Positions 26,101-41,792 are shown, numbered from the stretch's first letter. The stretch: 64,000 nucleotides of DNA from Octopus vulgaris (GCA_951406725.2 OX597828.1:24924001-24988000); one strand, 5' to 3'. The notes: generated from the letters alone by a model not told the origin. Numbers and translations: made by a program.

Positions 26101-27119
26101 GTATGTATGTATGTAAGTATGTATGTGTGTATGTATGTATGTATGTATGTATGTATGTATGTATGTATGTATGTATGTATGTATGTATGTATGTATGTAT
26201 GCATACATGCATGCTTTTAAACAAATATACATAATTCAGTACCGAATGTCATGTTATTCTTGTATTCTTGTCAAGCATAAAAAGGTCAAAGGTTTTGCTC
26301 GATCTTAAACGCTGCTGAAGAAATCTCCTTCCTACACAATCATTCATTTATATGTATTTCTCTTTTTAATTGTATAACGAAACCATTACCGTTCAACTTA
26401 TATATATATATGCACCGGAAACTATTCTCCACATTATTTTACTGTATTCCAATATTTTCCATTGTTTAACACCTTATGCCACTCTATGTCATATCTGTAA
26501 TCTTAAATGAGGTCTCCATTGTGCTCTAATTTCAATTTAACTTTGTCTTAACTATAGTCATAACTCTGATCTTACCAGTGATCTTAACTGAGTAATTTAA
26601 CTGTATCATAAATGTGTCATACTTATGACTTCACCTGAATCTTAACCCAGACTATAACCGCAACCGTTTGTCTTAACTGTGAACTTCACAGTTTCTTAAT
26701 TATGATCTTATCTTAACTCTGACTATGACAAAACTCATTATTGTGTCTTAAGTGTTATCTAAGCAGTGTCTTAAAGATGATCGTAAGCGTTTCTTAATTG
26801 TGATTATAATAGTTGAAATCTCATTTAGGTTTACTATTATGAGGATAGTTAACTCATTAAGATTACTATTAAAGCTAAGAACATTAACACGCTTAATTCT
26901 CTTTGAAAATATTCCTATTAAACAGAAAGATGATGGTACTGTCACCGCTGGCATGTCTATGATCGTAGACTTGTTTGGTCAGGGTTGACTTGAGATTAAA
27001 CGACAACAATAACAGCCTTGATATTTGTGAACAAATTGTTTCTTCACCAACTAGCTTTTTAGCGAATTTTAGTTTATTAGAAACAGGGTTATTGTTGATA
27101 TGTCTTAGATACTTAATAC

Positions 27120-27753
27120 ATGTGATAATGGTTATAGTGGTGATGATGATGATGGTGGGGGCGATGATGGTGGTGACGGTGGTGATAATGATGATGATGG
27201 TGCTGGCGGTGGTGATGGTGGTGATAATTTTGGTGGTGGTGGTGGTGATGATGATGATAGTGGTTGTGATGATAACCGTGATCATCATCATCACCATCAT
27301 CATCAACGTCATCGTCATCATCATCATCATCATCAATATCGTCGTCATCGTCATCATCATAAGTAACAACAACATCACTACCATCATCTTCGGCATCACC
27401 AGTAGCTACAACATCACTAATGTCATCGCTACTACCAGCTCCACCACCACCAGCTCCACCACAACCACTACCACCGCCACCATCTTTACCGCCACCCCCA
27501 CCGCCACCATATTTATTTTAGTTTCTTTTTTATTTATTTTACATAATTGTTTCTCTTATTGTTGTGTGTGTGTATACCACAGTTCACTCTCTCTCACTCA
27601 CTCTCTCTCTCCCACTCATTCTTTTATTTCCTCTTCACCCCCATCCTTACCCCCTCTTCATCAACCTCTTAGCTGTCATTTATTCATATCATCGATGCCA
27701 GCATAATCATCAACAACCGCATCATCATCGTCGTCATCATTAGTGTTGTGTGA

Positions 27754-27800
<47 letters not shown>

Positions 27801-28259
27801 GGTGATGATGATAATTATCATGATCATCATCATCATTATCATCATTGTCATCTTTACCATAATCCTCATCATCATCATCATCACCATAATCATCATCATC
27901 ATCATCATATATTATCATCATCATCATCATCATCACCATAATTATCATCACCATAATCATCATCACCATCATCATCATGTCTATCATCATAAACATAACC
28001 AAGTGACATCTTTGGTATCATCGTCTTCTTTATCATCATCAGCTATTTTTCATACAATATCACCATCGTCGTCGTCATCGTCGACATCTCCTCCTCCTCC
28101 TCCTCATTATCATCATCAGCAGCAGCATAATTATCATTATCATTTCCAGCCCTCATCATCGTCGCCTTCATCATCATTATTGTCATCGTCATCGTTGTCT
28201 TCTACGACGTCGTCATTGCTGTCCTCTTCCTCATTATCCTCATCTCCATCATCATCATC

Positions 28260-28296
<37 letters not shown>

Positions 28297-28320
28297 CCAT
28301 TTATGTCGTCGTCGTCGTGG
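27120..28320. repeat. Degenerate (GAT/ATC/GGT/ACC)n trinucleotide field
   Basis: Direct reading; orientation flips several times. Confidence 0.9.
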
Positions 28321-28426
28321 CTATGTTCAACCACACCTAAGAAGCGTACACAGACACACACACTCACACCCACACTTAATCCACCCACACCGACACATGC
28401 ACACAAACAGAGGCAAGCACACAAAG

Positions 28427-28462
<36 letters not shown>

Positions 28463-28704
28463 ACATACAAACGCACACGCAAACGCACATTCACACGTAC
28501 ATACACCTCCACACGCACGCAAAATAAACACAAGTGTCATAAACAGGCATAAAATGACAGCCACGAGAATAGCAATGACAACGAACATCAACAACAACAA
28601 TAACAACAACAATATCGAGTTTATCGAGATCAAATTGCTAATTAGTGATTAGATTATTTATGTGATGTTGTTATTACCATCGTCTTCATTTTCATTATTA
28701 TCAT

Positions 28705-28707
28705 CAC

Positions 28708-28800
<93 letters not shown>

Positions 28801-28812
28801 ATATTCTTATTC

Positions 28813-28843
<31 letters not shown>

Positions 28844-28953
28844 ATATTCTTATTATTATTATTAAATATTATTATTATTATTATTGTTATTATTATTATT
28901 ATTAAATATTATTATTATTATTATTATTAAATATTCTTATTATTATTATCAAA

Positions 28954-29004
<51 letters not shown>

Positions 29005-29027
29005 ATATTCTTGTTATTATTATTAAA

Positions 29028-29093
<66 letters not shown>
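28705..29093. repeat. (ATT)n microsatellite with interspersed aaat units
   Basis: Direct reading. Confidence 0.95.
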
Positions 29094-29410
29094 CGCCATC
29101 ATTGTTTAGTGTTGTCTAATATTTCTCCTTCGTTTCGGATAATTAACATCAATTTGTCAAGACGGCCTTCTCAACGAGTTTCGCTCGACAAACAATTGTA
29201 TCGCCACAAGAGCTTTCAAAAAGGCAGCGACTTGTATTTAAAGGCGGATGTTATATCACCTTAATGATTAGGAATAAGGATGATGACGATGACGACGACA
29301 ACAACAACAGCAGCAGCAACAACAACAACAACAACAATAATAATAATAATGATGATGATAATTATAATAATTATAATACCATAGCCAATGAGGGTTATTG
29401 CTAGTTGAAA

Positions 29411-29445
<35 letters not shown>

Positions 29446-29538
29446 GATACTGTTACAGTATTGATATATTAGAAACGATTATTAATGTTAAAGTGTTAGA
29501 ATTGATTAGTATTACTGTTACTACCACAGCAATTATCA

Positions 29539-29602
<64 letters not shown>

Positions 29603-29789
29603 TGTTTCTCTTCTTCATTCACTTTTGTTTTCATTTCTTGCCGAGTGCCTTCCCGACATCTAGGGTAAAGAAACTCACTGTATACATTGATAAGCTTCTA
29701 AAATACGCACATCAGATTCTTCATTAACAAAATCCATTGAAATTATATAAAATATCAAGAATATTTATATGGATATTTATCTTCTCACA

Positions 29790-30430
29790 ACGGCGATGCT
29801 GTCTGAGTATTCTTTTCCAGGGGACATTCTGGTCGAAGACCACGGAGAATTTCCAAAACTTTTTGGTATGGAAGTACTGCATGGTATGGGGAAATAATTG
29901 CCTGTTCGAGACAAGCTCTTCAGCTGTGGAAGTGCCAATAGCAGAACCTGCCTGAGATACATGCAACAAGGGGGACGAAACCGTCTTGCGTGCAATCGTT
30001 CAGTGTGTGTGCTTTAGCAACTTGTAGGCTTGTGCTGAGCAGCTGCTATCTTGTGTAAGACGAATACATTTGTCCGCCGAGTGTATAAGGAGGATTGACG
30101 CACCACCTTCCTTTAGCAGTGAAAAACCAGATCTTTCTCTGTTTAGTGGTTGTGGCAAAAGAGGTTGTGTTGGACACACCTGAAAAGTTTGAAGTCAGGT
30201 ACTTTCCCTATCTGGCCAAGCTCTCATCAGTTTCTTCGGGTATCATTTCAAGATGGAGGTGTGGGAAGAGATAGAGGTGTTTATGAAAAGGTGGATGAAA
30301 TAGCCAAGGTTGGATGGATCTACTCCTATCCGTGTCCAGTAAAATCGTCCTTACCTCGAGATCCAAAGCTTTCCGGAATAGTACTACCATTTCTCTCGAA
30401 ATAATCGAAAAGTAAAAACACATTGGAGAA
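29790..30430 (+). mobile_element. L1/Tx1-like LINE 3' fragment (zf-RVT region, disabled)
   Basis: Frameshifted translation LPVRDKLFSCGSANSRTCLR...DETVLRAIVQC...LCLVVVAKEVV matches the degenerate C-x2-C..ETV.H...C zinc knuckle of L1/Tx1 ORF2. Confidence 0.7.
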
Positions 30431-30936
30431 TATAATTTTGTATGCATAAAACCCTACAAATTGACTGGATGGGGACAGAATGCACGCCTTCGATTAAGTG
30501 TTTGCTCAATCAACGCTTACCTGGGAGAGGAAGCAAGAATCAAACAGCTACAAAATCGATAAGGACGGCAGCAGTAACATAGCTGCAACCACCTCCGCAG
30601 CATCAACAAAGATGACACTTGCAACGCAACGATGACAATAATAGCAACGACAACAACAACAACAACAACATTAGTAAACAGTAGATATTAGAAAGTTGAA
30701 ATTTTGAAAGTTACCATTTTGAAGATTAATATTATTCTAGTGTCATATTCAATATAATTACTGTCATAGTTTACCATTTTCCATTTGACACTCGCAACAA
30801 TTATAGCATTAATTAATGTCTTATGACAGTGAACTGCTCTTTCTTCATTCACACTTTCCTACTCAACGCACACACAGAAACATACAATTCTCCTGGTATA
30901 CACACAAACGCTCTCTCTCTCTCTCTCTCTCTCACT

Positions 30937-31033
<97 letters not shown>

Positions 31034-31174
31034 TATATATACAGATGTTAGACGAAATAATGTGACTATTTTTTCTTGTATTAGCAGTATGACAAATTCA
31101 AAACTGCTATGGTCTGTACGTGTTCAGATGCATTATGTATGTCTTGTGCTTCATGATATAGCTTTGCCTTTCAA

Positions 31175-31210
<36 letters not shown>

Positions 31211-31217
31211 TGTGTGC

Positions 31218-31280
<63 letters not shown>

Positions 31281-31596
31281 TGTGTTTAAATATATTCAAA
31301 TGAATGAAAATGTGTGACTTACCAGATTTTCAAATATGACGAATTGCTTGAGCGCCAGTTATTAAAACTGCTGGTTTGTTTAGTGTTTCAAGAGGTACAC
31401 TTACTAAAATCCTGCTGGTATCCGTAACCAAGGCAAAAACCAATTCTGTAAAGCATAATACTGGACTGAAAGGCACAAAAGCCAATTAGACCAAAGTAAC
31501 TGGTTTAGAGTCTGTGGTTGTTCAATCTGGAGAGGATGGCACTTTCCAATTCGTAAACATTTAATATATGAGGGACTCTCTCATCGAATATGTCGT

Positions 31597-31855
31597 GTGA
31601 GTGTTCAGCTTTTGCCTAACAACCTGCACCAAAGATTTCTTTATAGTGATCAAATGTATGTGTTGTACATTAGCTCACTTCTTGCCATCAAATTGATGTT
31701 GCCTGAACAGGTGCATTGTGTGCCACGCGTCAGGTGTCGAAGTGATCAAAGACCTACGTCAGATGAAGTGTCTTGCTCAAGAACACAACGCACCACTTAC
31801 GGTCTAGGAAGTGAAACTACGATCCCGCGATCGTGAGGGCAACATCCTAACCATG
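31597..31855 (-). mobile_element. Diverged tRNA-headed SINE related to family C
   Basis: Minus: tggttaggatgttgccctcacgatcg...gcgttgtgttcttgagcaagacacttcat. Confidence 0.65.
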
Positions 31856-31894
<39 letters not shown>

Positions 31895-31924
31895 AAAAAA
31901 GGAGATGTCGAACACGAGTGGTGA

Positions 31925-32213
31925 TATATAAAAAAGGAAATGAAGGAAATGCTGACAAATAATTGAAGTAATTTAAGTAATTTAATTAGGTGAAAGTTCT
32001 TTTTACCGGTTGCGCATTTGTTATGCTTATCAAAATATAAAAGAGAGATTAGAGTTCCTTTCTTATAGAATGAGGAAAAATTCTATAAGAAAGGAACTCT
32101 AATCTCTCTTTTATATTTTGATAAGCATAACAAATGCGCAACCGGTAAAAAGAACTTTCACCTAATTAAATTACTTAAATTACTTCAATTATTTGTCAGC
32201 ATTTTCTTCATTT

Positions 32214-32226
<13 letters not shown>
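31925..32226. repeat. Near-perfect palindrome (147-bp arms, 8-nt loop)
   Basis: 31925-32071 is the reverse complement of 32080-32226 with one mismatch seen. Confidence 0.95.
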
Positions 32227-32284
<58 letters not shown>

Positions 32285-32529
32285 TACTATGGGACAACCA
32301 GCTGGTCAATCAACATGCTGAAAGACGAAAGATGGAATATACAAGAATTTATTATTATAAAACCATTCGTTTTATTATCCATTATATGTATATATATGTG
32401 CGTGTGTGTGTGTATATATATATATGTGGGTGTATATATATATATCGACTGCTATTTCCAGTAAATATTGATACCTTGTACCACTCATCTGTATTTATAT
32501 ATATAAATTTTGATAGATAGATAGATACA

Positions 32530-32561
<32 letters not shown>

Positions 32562-32590
32562 CATATGTACACACACACACACACACACAC

Positions 32591-32632
<42 letters not shown>

Positions 32633-32635
<3 letters not shown>

Positions 32636-32830
32636 AAGAATTCACACAAAAATTAATGACTTAGACAGGTAGTGTAGACAACAAACAGATGTATTAGTAT
32701 AACGCTCGGGAAGTGAAAAAGTCTTTAACGCTTCGAGCCTACGCTCTTCCACAGAAAGGAACACAGAAAGAAACAAGGAGACAAAATAAAGAATGTGTAG
32801 TGGCTAGCGATCTATCATAGCGACTGAAAT
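32633..32830 (-). mobile_element. Hammerhead-bearing short repeat related to 20655 and 61852 (degenerate core)
   Basis: cttt-CTGTGGA-agagcgtaggctc-GAAGCGTT-aaag at 32723-32758. Confidence 0.6.
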
Positions 32831-33342
32831 ATATACATGTATATAAATATATATATAAGCAATGATATGGGAGATATCGGTATCCAGAAGACCAAATATG
32901 GCAGATTAGGCTATGTAAGTGCTACGGGAGGACCGTAGTTTGACTCTCGGTTCGATAAGAATACGAATGAAGAGTCTAATGCAGGTCTTGTGTGAGCATG
33001 TATATGTTAAATAAAATATGGCAACAAAGACAAGGCTGTGTGGAATTTTAGGATATTTATAAAGAGAAAGCTAGACTTACAGCTGTTTCTGGGATGTTAG
33101 GAATATCCCTTTACCATAGACGATATGAGAGAGTTGAATAGAGGGAAATATAGGAGTAAATTTATAGAAGGATGGATATAGGAAGGATCAAGGGAACTGA
33201 AACTGTAACATCCTGTATATGTTTTAAATTTTACTTTTATTCTCTTATTTTCCTTTATACTTCCGATATCCGTTCTTCACCAACAATGACTCCATATATT
33301 GAACGCTTCTTTTTCCTTCTATCTATCGTTCTCACATCGTTT

Positions 33343-33382
33343 CTGATGAAGGAATATCCCTAATAACCTAGAAAGAGCTCTA
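33343..33382 (+). ncRNA. Minimal type-I hammerhead core
   Basis: CTGATGA-agg..cct-a-GAAA-GAGCTC-TA with palindromic stem III; stem I weak; diverged inverted partner at about 33030-33120. Confidence 0.6.
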
Positions 33383-33458
33383 ACACTAACTTTCTCTGTA
33401 AATGTCCTTAAAATTCAACACAGTTTTGACTTCGTAGTCACATTTTATTTAACACACG

Positions 33459-33492
<34 letters not shown>

Positions 33493-33521
33493 CACATACA
33501 CACATATATGTGCGTGCGTGT

Positions 33522-33556
<35 letters not shown>

Positions 33557-33765
33557 GATGTGTGTGTGTATATATATATATATGTAAATATATACATATA
33601 TTCACACAGACACACAAACACATATATATACGCTTATGTAATTGTTTCTCAAGAGCCTTGATATGAAACAGAAAGAAAACAAAAGAACATGCGAGTGCCT
33701 ATGAATACACACACATACACATACACAGAAACATATACATATGCATATATATATAGAGAGAGAGA

Positions 33766-33808
<43 letters not shown>

Positions 33809-33829
33809 CTGTAGATGTATATGTGTGTA

Positions 33830-33901
<72 letters not shown>

Positions 33902-34624
33902 TGTACATACATTTTAAAAGATATGTGTACAGTGTACGGTGTACAAAGCTGCCACTTGTTGGCCTCGTTCGTATATAAACTGTTTCGTTCTGGAATATTC
34001 CTTTTGATGTGAAAGCCATTGAGCTTCTTCAGTTTTTAGTTGTGGTTGTCGGGCGTCATTGTGGTCCTCTTAACGAATGTGTCTGAAGGGACGTGGCATG
34101 GTTAAGTGAAATGGATCGTGTCTGACCTAGGGCTAAACAACAACAACATGAATGACCCTCGAGAATGACACCGCGACGATGACGACGACGGCCGTGATAC
34201 CAGCAAGAATGAACCGTGGATGGGACATCCAGGTGGTAAATCACGATGCTAGAAATAACAGCCAAATGTCCGTGTAATATCACCCAACTGTTTTAAAATT
34301 GAAAGGTCATGTTGAATACAGCAAAAAAAATTCTGATGCAGCTAAAGAGATGGAATGGTCACGGTGGGAAGATTTTGAACATAGATACAATGCATCATAG
34401 CTGACGATAGTAGAAACAATAAATATCAAAATAGTGTTGTTTAAATAACTCATTGTAATTTCTTACATTTACATATATACCATTCAGTTCAAATCCCATT
34501 GAAATCGCTTTGGCCTTTCGTTCATCCTGGGTCGGTAAAATAAGGTACCAGTCAATTAGTAGGGTTGATGTAATCGACTAGAACGCCCCCACAGAACTTC
34601 CTAGTAAAAAAAAAACATTATTAT

Positions 34625-34837
34625 TCCTTTCTACTCAAGGCACAAGGCCCGAAATTTTGGGGTAGGGGGCCAGTCGATTAGATCGACCCCAGCACACAAC
34701 TGGTACTTAATTTATCAACCCCAAAAGGATGAAAGGCAAAGTCAACTTCGGTGGAATTTGAACTCAGAACGTAGAGACAGACAAAATGCCGCTAAGAATT
34801 TCACCCGTCTTGCTGACGTGTCTGCCAGCTCGCCGCT
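34625..34837 (-). mobile_element. Full-length SINE family B (tail type 1)
   Basis: Complete head, core and ggccttgtgcc tail. Confidence 0.88.
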
Positions 34838-34902
34838 TTAGAAAGGATGATTATTATTATTGTTGCTGTTGTTGTTGTTTTTGTTTTCGTTTTTGTTGTT
34901 AA

Positions 34903-35148
34903 GGCGGCGAGCTGGCAGAAACGTTAGCACACCGGGCGAAATGCGTTGCCTTATTTCGTCTGCCGTTACGTTCTGAGTTCAAATTCCGCCGAGGTCGACT
35001 TTGCCTTTCATCCTTTCGGGGTCGATTAAATAAGTACCAGTTACGCACTGGTATCGATATAATCGACTTAATCCGTTTGTCTGTTTGTCCTGTCTGTGTT
35101 TAGCCCCTTGTGGGTAGTAAAGAAATAGGTATTTCGCCCATCACTACG

Positions 35149-35150
<2 letters not shown>
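34903..35150 (+). mobile_element. Full-length SINE family B (tail type 2) running into the start of a second unit
   Basis: Matches 1309-1540, then continues aaataggtatttcgccc..tacgtt. Confidence 0.9.
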
Positions 35151-35208
<58 letters not shown>

Positions 35209-35259
35209 GTATATACATATATGCCAGCCAGATAGCTAGGCGAGCAGGCCGACATTCCC

Positions 35260-35447
35260 TCCTCCACCACTGATAGTCGGAGGGCTAGTCCATCATACGG
35301 TTACTCATTCACAGCCGAGTGGACTGGAGCACTGTGAAATGAAGTATTTCGCTCGAGAACGAAAAGCTCAACCGGCTTGGGAATCGAAACCACGCTCCCA
35401 CGATCATGAGTGCACCATCCTTGACCACTCGGCCACGCGTCTTCCCT
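35260..35447 (-). mobile_element. Diverged SINE family C-like copy
   Basis: Minus: gcgtggccgagtggtcaagg...ggtttcgattccc...ctccagtccactcggctgtgaatgagta. Confidence 0.7.
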
Positions 35448-35478
35448 CCCCACACACACACACACGCACAGATAGATG

Positions 35479-35548
<70 letters not shown>

Positions 35549-35995
35549 GAGAAAGAGATACACATACACACATTCCACGAGTATATTTTGTAAGATTTGA
35601 CTCCTTTGGCTGTTATTTTTAGCATATCAATTAACCACATTGACGCTTTCTCTCTACTGTCCTGTTCAACGTTACATTATTGAATACAATCAACGTGGGT
35701 CCACAACAATCACTTCGCTGTTTCGCTAGGTTTTTTTTTTATTCCCCACTTCACTTCCGTTTCTTGAGCTCTCTAATCAGTGAGACAGAAATATTCGCTT
35801 CATAGGAGAATGTGTGTAAGATTTAATGAGTATTCCGTTTCCGTTACTTATAATAGTGCTATTGGACTGGGGCTATATTTTAACGACCGACCATCACTTC
35901 ATGCTATTTGGTTTGTTCGTTGTTATAGTTTTACTAATAGTGATATAATATCTGAACAAGAACAAAAAGAAAACGAGTATTACATTTGGTTGGTT

Positions 35996-37015
<1,020 letters not shown>

Positions 37016-37272
37016 GGTACATAGATGGATATGTATACATACGTATATATATATATAATACATATATATCGAATAATGCATACGTTTGTGTATGTATGTA
37101 TGTATGTATATATGAATATATGCATATAAACACATGTATATATACATGTTAGTATAATAAATTGACAAATTGACGGCGAGTTGCAAAGGTATCGAATGAT
37201 TTATATCACGTAGAGTGTAAAAATGTATGACTTGAGAATCAGGAGGTCTAAAGTTCATTGCTTTACGTCATA

Positions 37273-37673
37273 TCTTTATATATAAAAGTAAGGTTGTGTG
37301 CTGTCTTTCTCCTCCGATTTAGATTCCGAACTACTCCCACATTTTGCGGTGCAGTTTAACCAAAACCGGGTATCTTATAGTCGTGATTCATATCGAGCCC
37401 TTCTGGATATTAGCGCGCGTCTACGACGAGTCTACGATTTAAAAAAAAATTACCATAATTTTTTTCCATTTTAATGCATTTTTTCCGCTATTATATAAGG
37501 GAAGTAACTCTCTAAAAATGTCTACGATGAGTCAACGATTTAAAAAAAAATTTACCATCATTTGTTTTCCATTTTTAATGCATTTTTTTGCTATTTTTTG
37601 GCTATAACTCTCTAAAAATGCTTATATTGTTATTTCCCTTACAAACCCGAGCAACGCCGGGCGATAATGCTAG
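37273..37673 (+). mobile_element. Non-autonomous Helitron, copy 1
   Basis: A|TC 5' start, 3' hairpin cccgagcaacgccggg followed by CTAG|T; no TSD; near-identical copies at 57978 and 59665. Confidence 0.88.
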
Positions 37674-37699
37674 TAAAGATATAAATCTTGAGAGTTCTT

Positions 37700-38640
37700 A
37701 TTGCAATACTCTGACAAAGAACTGGGTTCGTACAGAGTCAACCTGTACTGGTGTGTGAAACTCCATGGAAATATTACCACTCAAACGTTGTACTGTATTA
37801 ATACACACACTTTCACACACACACACACACACACACACATCGGCGTAGAAGTAACAAAGGAGAATATTCGGTATATTTTGCTTTATGAGTTCAATAAAGG
37901 CAACAATGCAACGGAAAGTGCGAGGAATATTAATGCAGTATATGGGGATAAGGCAATAAGCGTAAGCCATTGTCAACGGTGGTTCCGGAAATTCCGAACC
38001 GGAAACTACAGCCTAGAAGACGAGCCTCGTCCTGGAAGATCTGTAGAGCTCAACGAGGGCATCATGAAAAGCCTCGTGGAACAAAATCCCATTGTAACTG
38101 TTGAGGAATTAGCAGAGAAGCTTGGATTTGGTCATTCAACCATTCATCCATACCTGCATGCCATCAGAAAAGTCAGCAAATTGGATCAATGAGTTCCTCA
38201 CAAACTTTTCGAGTCTAATCGCGCACAGTGAGTGAATGTGTGCTCATCTTTGCTGTCACGTCTCACGGATGAACCTTATTTTGTCTCGTATAATGACTGG
38301 TGACGAGAAATAGGTTCTCTACAAAAATGTCAAGCACCGAAAACAGTGGGTAGGGAAAGGAGAAACACCGGAACCCCAGGCTAAAGTAGGTTTTCACCCA
38401 CGTAAGGTGTTGTTATCTGTTTGGTGAGATATGAAAAGTTTAGACCACGTTGAACTTTTAAACCCATAACAAGGGAGATCTGCTGCGAGCAGCTTGAACA
38501 GATTAAGTCAGCGCTAGAAAAAAAACGACCATCTTTGGTTTCAAGACGAAAGGTGTTCTCCCATCAGAATAATGCTCAGCCACATACAGCGACGATGATA
38601 TTCCAAAAGCTGGAGCAGTTTGAATGGGATAACCCTATAC
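37700..38640 (+). pseudogene. Mariner transposase pseudogene
   Basis: KENIRYILLYEF..RWFRKFRTG..LEDEPRPGR, *VPHKL, TGDEK*, HPRKVLLSVW and HQNNAQPH motifs with stops and frameshifts. Confidence 0.92.
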
Positions 38641-38726
38641 ATAATCTCTCTTTCTATCCCCCTTCTTACTTCGAATGCAACTATAGGTGGCGACATCAAC
38701 AATCGCCAATCAAATTCCACTACCGT

Positions 38727-38784
<58 letters not shown>

Positions 38785-39093
38785 ATAGAGCATGTTTATG
38801 GCCATTGAAATAAGAAGAGAAGAGTGAAGGGTGGCTGAGGGGCAGGATAGGAGAAGCAGAGGAGTTAAGCTGGAAGCCAGGAGGAAATGAGGATCAGTGA
38901 TTTGGTCACCTCTGCTGGCCCACCAACGGGAGGGTGTTACGGTTCACGGTCGAAATACCCGATAAACGTTGGATACCGTTTGAATACATCAGTTCCACTT
39001 GACCAAAGTTCCATTCAAAAAGCACCTTCTTCTAGATGCTAAATATTTATGCTTATATATATATATAATAAGCGACAAGGATATCCAGAGGTA

Positions 39094-39187
39094 ATGCAGT
39101 ACGATCGTTTCATGCCACTCCATTTAATTGAACAATGTAATCATTTCATTACATCAATTTAAAACGTAGAGCAATCTTCAGCTACAC
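39094..39187 (-). ncRNA. Type-I hammerhead ribozyme motif with intact core and extended stem II
   Basis: gtgtag-CTGAAGA-[about 63-nt multi-segment stem II]-GAAA-CGATCG-TA-ctgcat; stem I 6 bp with 2 GU pairs; palindromic stem III. Confidence 0.75.
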
Positions 39188-39198
39188 AAAGACATAGA

Positions 39199-39241
<43 letters not shown>

Positions 39242-39774
39242 ATATATGTACACGCATATGTATGCATCTATATGCAAGCCTGTATGTATGTATATATAAA
39301 TTATGATAAACAAGACGGTGTGATGGTCGTGGCTGAAACACACTTGATTATAGGATTCCTGGATTGGAGCTGACCTTGGGTTAAACCAATACAATATTAA
39401 CAACAATATTTCTCCCACCGTCCACTCTCCCTTCATTTTTCTCGCCCCCCCCCCTTTCTCACCACATCTCTGTTTCTCTATCTCCCTCATTTTCTCATCA
39501 GAATTTTATCTTTTCTATTCTAATATGACATGTAATATAAATATGATATCTAATCTTCCATCATATGCTATAAATAATAAATATCTCATATTCACAACTC
39601 GCGTATCGTTTAACTATTTATATCTTACAAACTCACAGCTTAATTTACGAATGTCCTCCATTTTCTTCTTCACTTATCCCTGTCGATGTTCGTTTGCTAG
39701 AAATTTAATTTATGTCTTATTTTTTGTGCTTAAAACATTTTCTTTCATCTTCTTTCCTTCCAACATTCGTATTC

Positions 39775-40785
<1,011 letters not shown>

Positions 40786-41345
40786 CAAATGAAGTTTAGA
40801 GAAAATATAGTTGATTTGATTATATGACATATCAACCTTGAGTTTAGACAATATTTCCATCTTAAATCAGATTACAAGAACGAAACTTAAAGAATCACTA
40901 CTTATTCGCATTTTCCTTTTTCCTTTTTTTTTTTTTTTGCTTTACTATATATTATTACGTTATTCTTTGTATTATTCTTTGTATTTTATTTTGTTGCTGA
41001 TGCTTTTTTTATTGTGGTTTCAGTTTCTGATATTTAGTTGTTGGTATTAAAACTGTTGTTGACAATATTGTTATCATCACCATCATCATCTTCATTATCA
41101 TCATTATCATCATCATTTTGAGGGCATTTGTTTCTCTCGAGTAAGTGTGCGTATATGTGTGTGCACGTGTGTGTGTATGTCTGTGTGTGAGCGTTGATTT
41201 AAATATTTACATATAACGTGTATGCATATACACATTCTATTTGTATGCAAAAATATATAAACATGTGTGTGATTTCATTCCTATATAAACATATTGTTAT
41301 GTATACATACACATACAAACACAAAACACACACACATATATCTAC

Positions 41346-41391
<46 letters not shown>

Positions 41392-41491
41392 GTATGTATA
41401 TATATTTATATATATATACATATATATATGTTTGTATATATGTATTTATATATATATGTTTATATATATATATATGTATATATATTCATAT

Positions 41492-41566
<75 letters not shown>

Positions 41567-41736
41567 ACAGATACATATATATATATAGAAACAGATACAT
41601 ATATATATACAAACATAAATATGTCAATATGTAAGTAGTATGCATGAAACATCCTATCAATATGCATGAAATTCATAAAATTACCTATGAGACATATGGT
41701 CGTGTATGGAGATATATATACATATATAAAGCCATT

Positions 41737-41792
<56 letters not shown>

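Noticed and set aside
26975-28527. 243-aa and 257-aa ORFs
   Set aside because: Low-complexity trinucleotide and (CA)n sequence
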